Source: Thermodesulfobacteriota bacterium
Lineage (GTDB): Bacteria > Desulfobacterota > Binatia > Bin18
Reading direction: 5' to 3'
Assembly: GCA_964291405.2 (NCBI GenBank)
Contig: OZ219926.1
Coordinates: forward strand, 2,464,001-2,528,000
Length of the DNA: 64,000 nt
The notes beneath the pieces are model-generated. The model ran no database searches, was not told the origin of the DNA, and was given only the letters and a program-made list of their open reading frames with translations. The position numbers and the translations under genes are program-made. Below, piece by piece: positions 61,941-64,000 of the stretch (position 1 is the first letter of the stretch; each line of letters begins with the position of its first letter).

Positions 61941-62260
61941 TTGATCTCCGCAGCCGAAACGCCCGCTATCCCGACCTCTCTCCTCACCAGCAGTATATGG
62001 TAATCGGGATTGAGGCCGATGCGTTTCGTATCCTCAATGATGAGGGGCGTCCGTATCTATATCCTGCTCGGCTCTTTGAAGTTGTCAATCCAAGCGAACC
62101 AGCCGATTGGGCCACCGAATTTGGGGAAGATGGCGAACGCTACGCCTATCCTCCACCGCTCAATGGTAGTGGCTTTTTCGAGGACTTCTTCGAGGCCGAC
62201 AAGGAAGCAGTCGCAACCTTCTGGCGCGTGCTGAAAGCGTCTTGCCGCGGCATGATGTAA
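61937..62260 (+). CDS. Hypothetical protein
   Basis: 107 aa ORF with ATGA overlap on HNH stop. Confidence 0.55.
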   Translation: MIDLRSRNARYPDLSPHQQYMVIGIEADAFRILNDEGRPYLYPARLFEVVNPSEPADWATEFGEDGERYAYPPPLNGSGFFEDFFEADKEAVATFWRVLKASCRGMM

Positions 62261-62346
62261 GCCACAAAAGGCTAATGCTCTGGGTGACAATATCTTGTCT
62301 TGTCGGCCCCACTGGTGAGATTGATCTGCGAGGGTCAACCTGTCTT

Positions 62347-63492
62347 TCAGACTCCCTGCCGGGTTTCAGCTAACACCAGATCGACGACAGAACGCAGGGC
62401 CTCTTGCTCAGTGTCTCCTTCAAGGAGGCGCAAGCGGAAATGGTCAAGCTGCCGGTCGGCGCTGCTCCCGTAACGAATGATGGCCAGCGCGTGGCGCATC
62501 TCGTCTTCGCAGCCCAGGGCGTGAGCGTCATCGGCGAGGGTTTCGATCAGTTGAGTCGCGTAGTCCTGGATGTCCTGCCGTCCACCCCGGCCTGGGTCGC
62601 CGAGGAAGGCGAGCACACCGTAGCGCTGGGCGAGCCAGCGGTTCTCGGCAATGATCTCGGTGGGCGGTTCGGGGGGTAAACTTCCCTCCCGGTCCTGCCG
62701 CAACAGGTGGCGAATCAGCGCCGCGTAGAGGGCAGCAATGCATACGGCGTCGTCAATGAGTGGGCAGATGTCGCAGATGCGCATTTCCACGGTCGGGTAG
62801 GCTCGTGAGGGGCGGATGTCCCACCATAATTCGCTCGCGCTGGTGATAAACTCCATACGCTGGTAGTCGGCTATGAGCCGGTCGTACTCGGCCTGGGAAT
62901 ACAGTGGACCGGGCAGGCTGGTGCGCGGCAGAGCGCCGAACAGGTTGAGGCGGTAGGACTTGAAGCCGGTCTGGTGGCCTGAATTGAATGGCGATGAGGT
63001 GGACAGGGCGTGGAACAGCGGCAGGTAGCGCCGGAGCGCGGTCATGACCCGGATTCTCTCATCCGGGTCGCCAAAGCCGGCATGAATATGCATGCCGGCG
63101 ATGAGCCCACGTCGTATACTCTCCTGAAACGTGATCTCGAACCGCTCGTAGCGCTCCTTGGGCGTGGTCATCTGTGCCCGCCACTCTGCGAACGGATGGG
63201 TCGAGGCGGCCATGACCGTGGCTCCGTGTGCCTCCGCGGCCTCAATGACCAGCCGGCGAGTTTCGCACAGGGCGGCGCGCACCTCGGCCAGCGAGTGACA
63301 GACCTGGGTGTTGGTCTCGATCTGGGTTCGGAAAAGTTCGTGTACGACTTTGTGCGGTCCACTGTTGCGCTCGCAGGTCTCGAAAATGCCGGGGTCAGGA
63401 TCGGCCAGCAGGTCACGCGAGACGGGGTCTACGAGGAAGAATTCCTCCTCAACGCCCAGCGTGAGGTCGTCCCAGGTCTTATTGCTGCTCAT
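62347..63492 (-). CDS. Carboxylate-amine ligase (YbdK/GCS2 family)
   Basis: TLGVEEEFFLVD, GMHIH, SSPF, WWDIRPS, TVEMRICD. Confidence 0.93.
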   Translation of the reverse strand: MSSNKTWDDLTLGVEEEFFLVDPVSRDLLADPDPGIFETCERNSGPHKVVHELFRTQIETNTQVCHSLAEVRAALCETRRLVIEAAEAHGATVMAASTHPFAEWRAQMTTPKERYERFEITFQESIRRGLIAGMHIHAGFGDPDERIRVMTALRRYLPLFHALSTSSPFNSGHQTGFKSYRLNLFGALPRTSLPGPLYSQAEYDRLIADYQRMEFITSASELWWDIRPSRAYPTVEMRICDICPLIDDAVCIAALYAALIRHLLRQDREGSLPPEPPTEIIAENRWLAQRYGVLAFLGDPGRGGRQDIQDYATQLIETLADDAHALGCEDEMRHALAIIRYGSSADRQLDHFRLRLLEGDTEQEALRSVVDLVLAETRQGV

Positions 63493-63508
63493 ATCATTCC
63501 CCTGTTTT

Positions 63509-64000
63509 CTAATACCCCCCAAACCCCATATCGGTTGTGGCCTGGGCGTCCGGGTCGGTACAGACATTGACTAAGGCCGGCTTGCCGCTGGCAAACGCCC
63601 GTTCAATCGCGGCCTTGATGTCGGCTGGGTTCTCGACATACTCCCCGTAGCCGCCCAGCGCTTCGACCATTTTGTCATAGCGCTGATGGCCAAGCTCGCG
63701 ACCGACATTCTGCCGGCCCTGTTTGTCGCCGGCCGTCATATACCCGGTCTGGCGCGAGGTGAAACCGGCGTTGTTTGAGACCACGACGACGATAGGGATG
63801 TTATGTCGAATGGCCGAGTCCATCTCCATGCCATTCCAGCCGAAGGCGCCATCGCCGGACAGGACTAGGACGGGTTTGTCCGGCGCTGCCACCTTGGCCC
63901 CGATGCCGAACGGCACGCCTACGCCCATGCAACCGTGCGGGCCGGCATTGAGACTACCGCCGATGTCATACACAGGAATGGATTGGCGCGCAAAATTGAG
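63509..64000 (-). CDS. ThDP-dependent enzyme (acetolactate synthase/2-hydroxyacyl-CoA lyase-like), C-terminal part
   Basis: GCMGVGVP, GDGAFG..NN ThDP motif; frame open to window edge. Confidence 0.9.
   Translation of the reverse strand, partial: LNFARQSIPVYDIGGSLNAGPHGCMGVGVPFGIGAKVAAPDKPVLVLSGDGAFGWNGMEMDSAIRHNIPIVVVVSNNAGFTSRQTGYMTAGDKQGRQNVGRELGHQRYDKMVEALGGYGEYVENPADIKAAIERAFASGKPALVNVCTDPDAQATTDMGFGGY

Overview
Bacterial chromosome segment near the replication origin. Gene order and content suggest a Deltaproteobacteria-like lineage, most plausibly Candidatus Binatia (inference only). The core comprises gyrB(3')-gyrA, radC, ssb, ggt, an acyl-CoA dehydrogenase/methyltransferase/nth/ampG operon, aroC, atpF'FHAGDC, parAB with two parS sites, rsmG-mnmG-mnmE-jag-yidC-yidD-rnpA-rpmH, gpsA, pgeF, rlmD, aroBK and priA-def-fmt. 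Accessory and metabolic genes follow, with two mosaic toxin-antitoxin/nuclease patches (43.4-46.9 kb and 60.3-62.3 kb). Five signals are missed by the ORF track. (1) A 51-55 bp palindromic repeat family has 8 copies, three of them exactly 54 bp and inserted in-frame, in the same frame, inside mnmG, mnmE and pgeF (Rickettsia-RPE-like behaviour). (2) Two predicted selenoproteins, a peroxiredoxin and a UGSC-like protein in an uncharacterised 3-gene operon, carry matching SECIS-like hairpins. (3) rpmH lies completely inside an N-terminally extended rnpA frame (Thermus-like). (4) Diverged copies of neighbouring-gene fragments (fmt, mazE, cyclase) are embedded in the 43-47 kb island, one in-frame inside a membrane protein. 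(5) Toxin genes are lost or broken while most antitoxins are kept. Four single-base indels may be sequencing errors.
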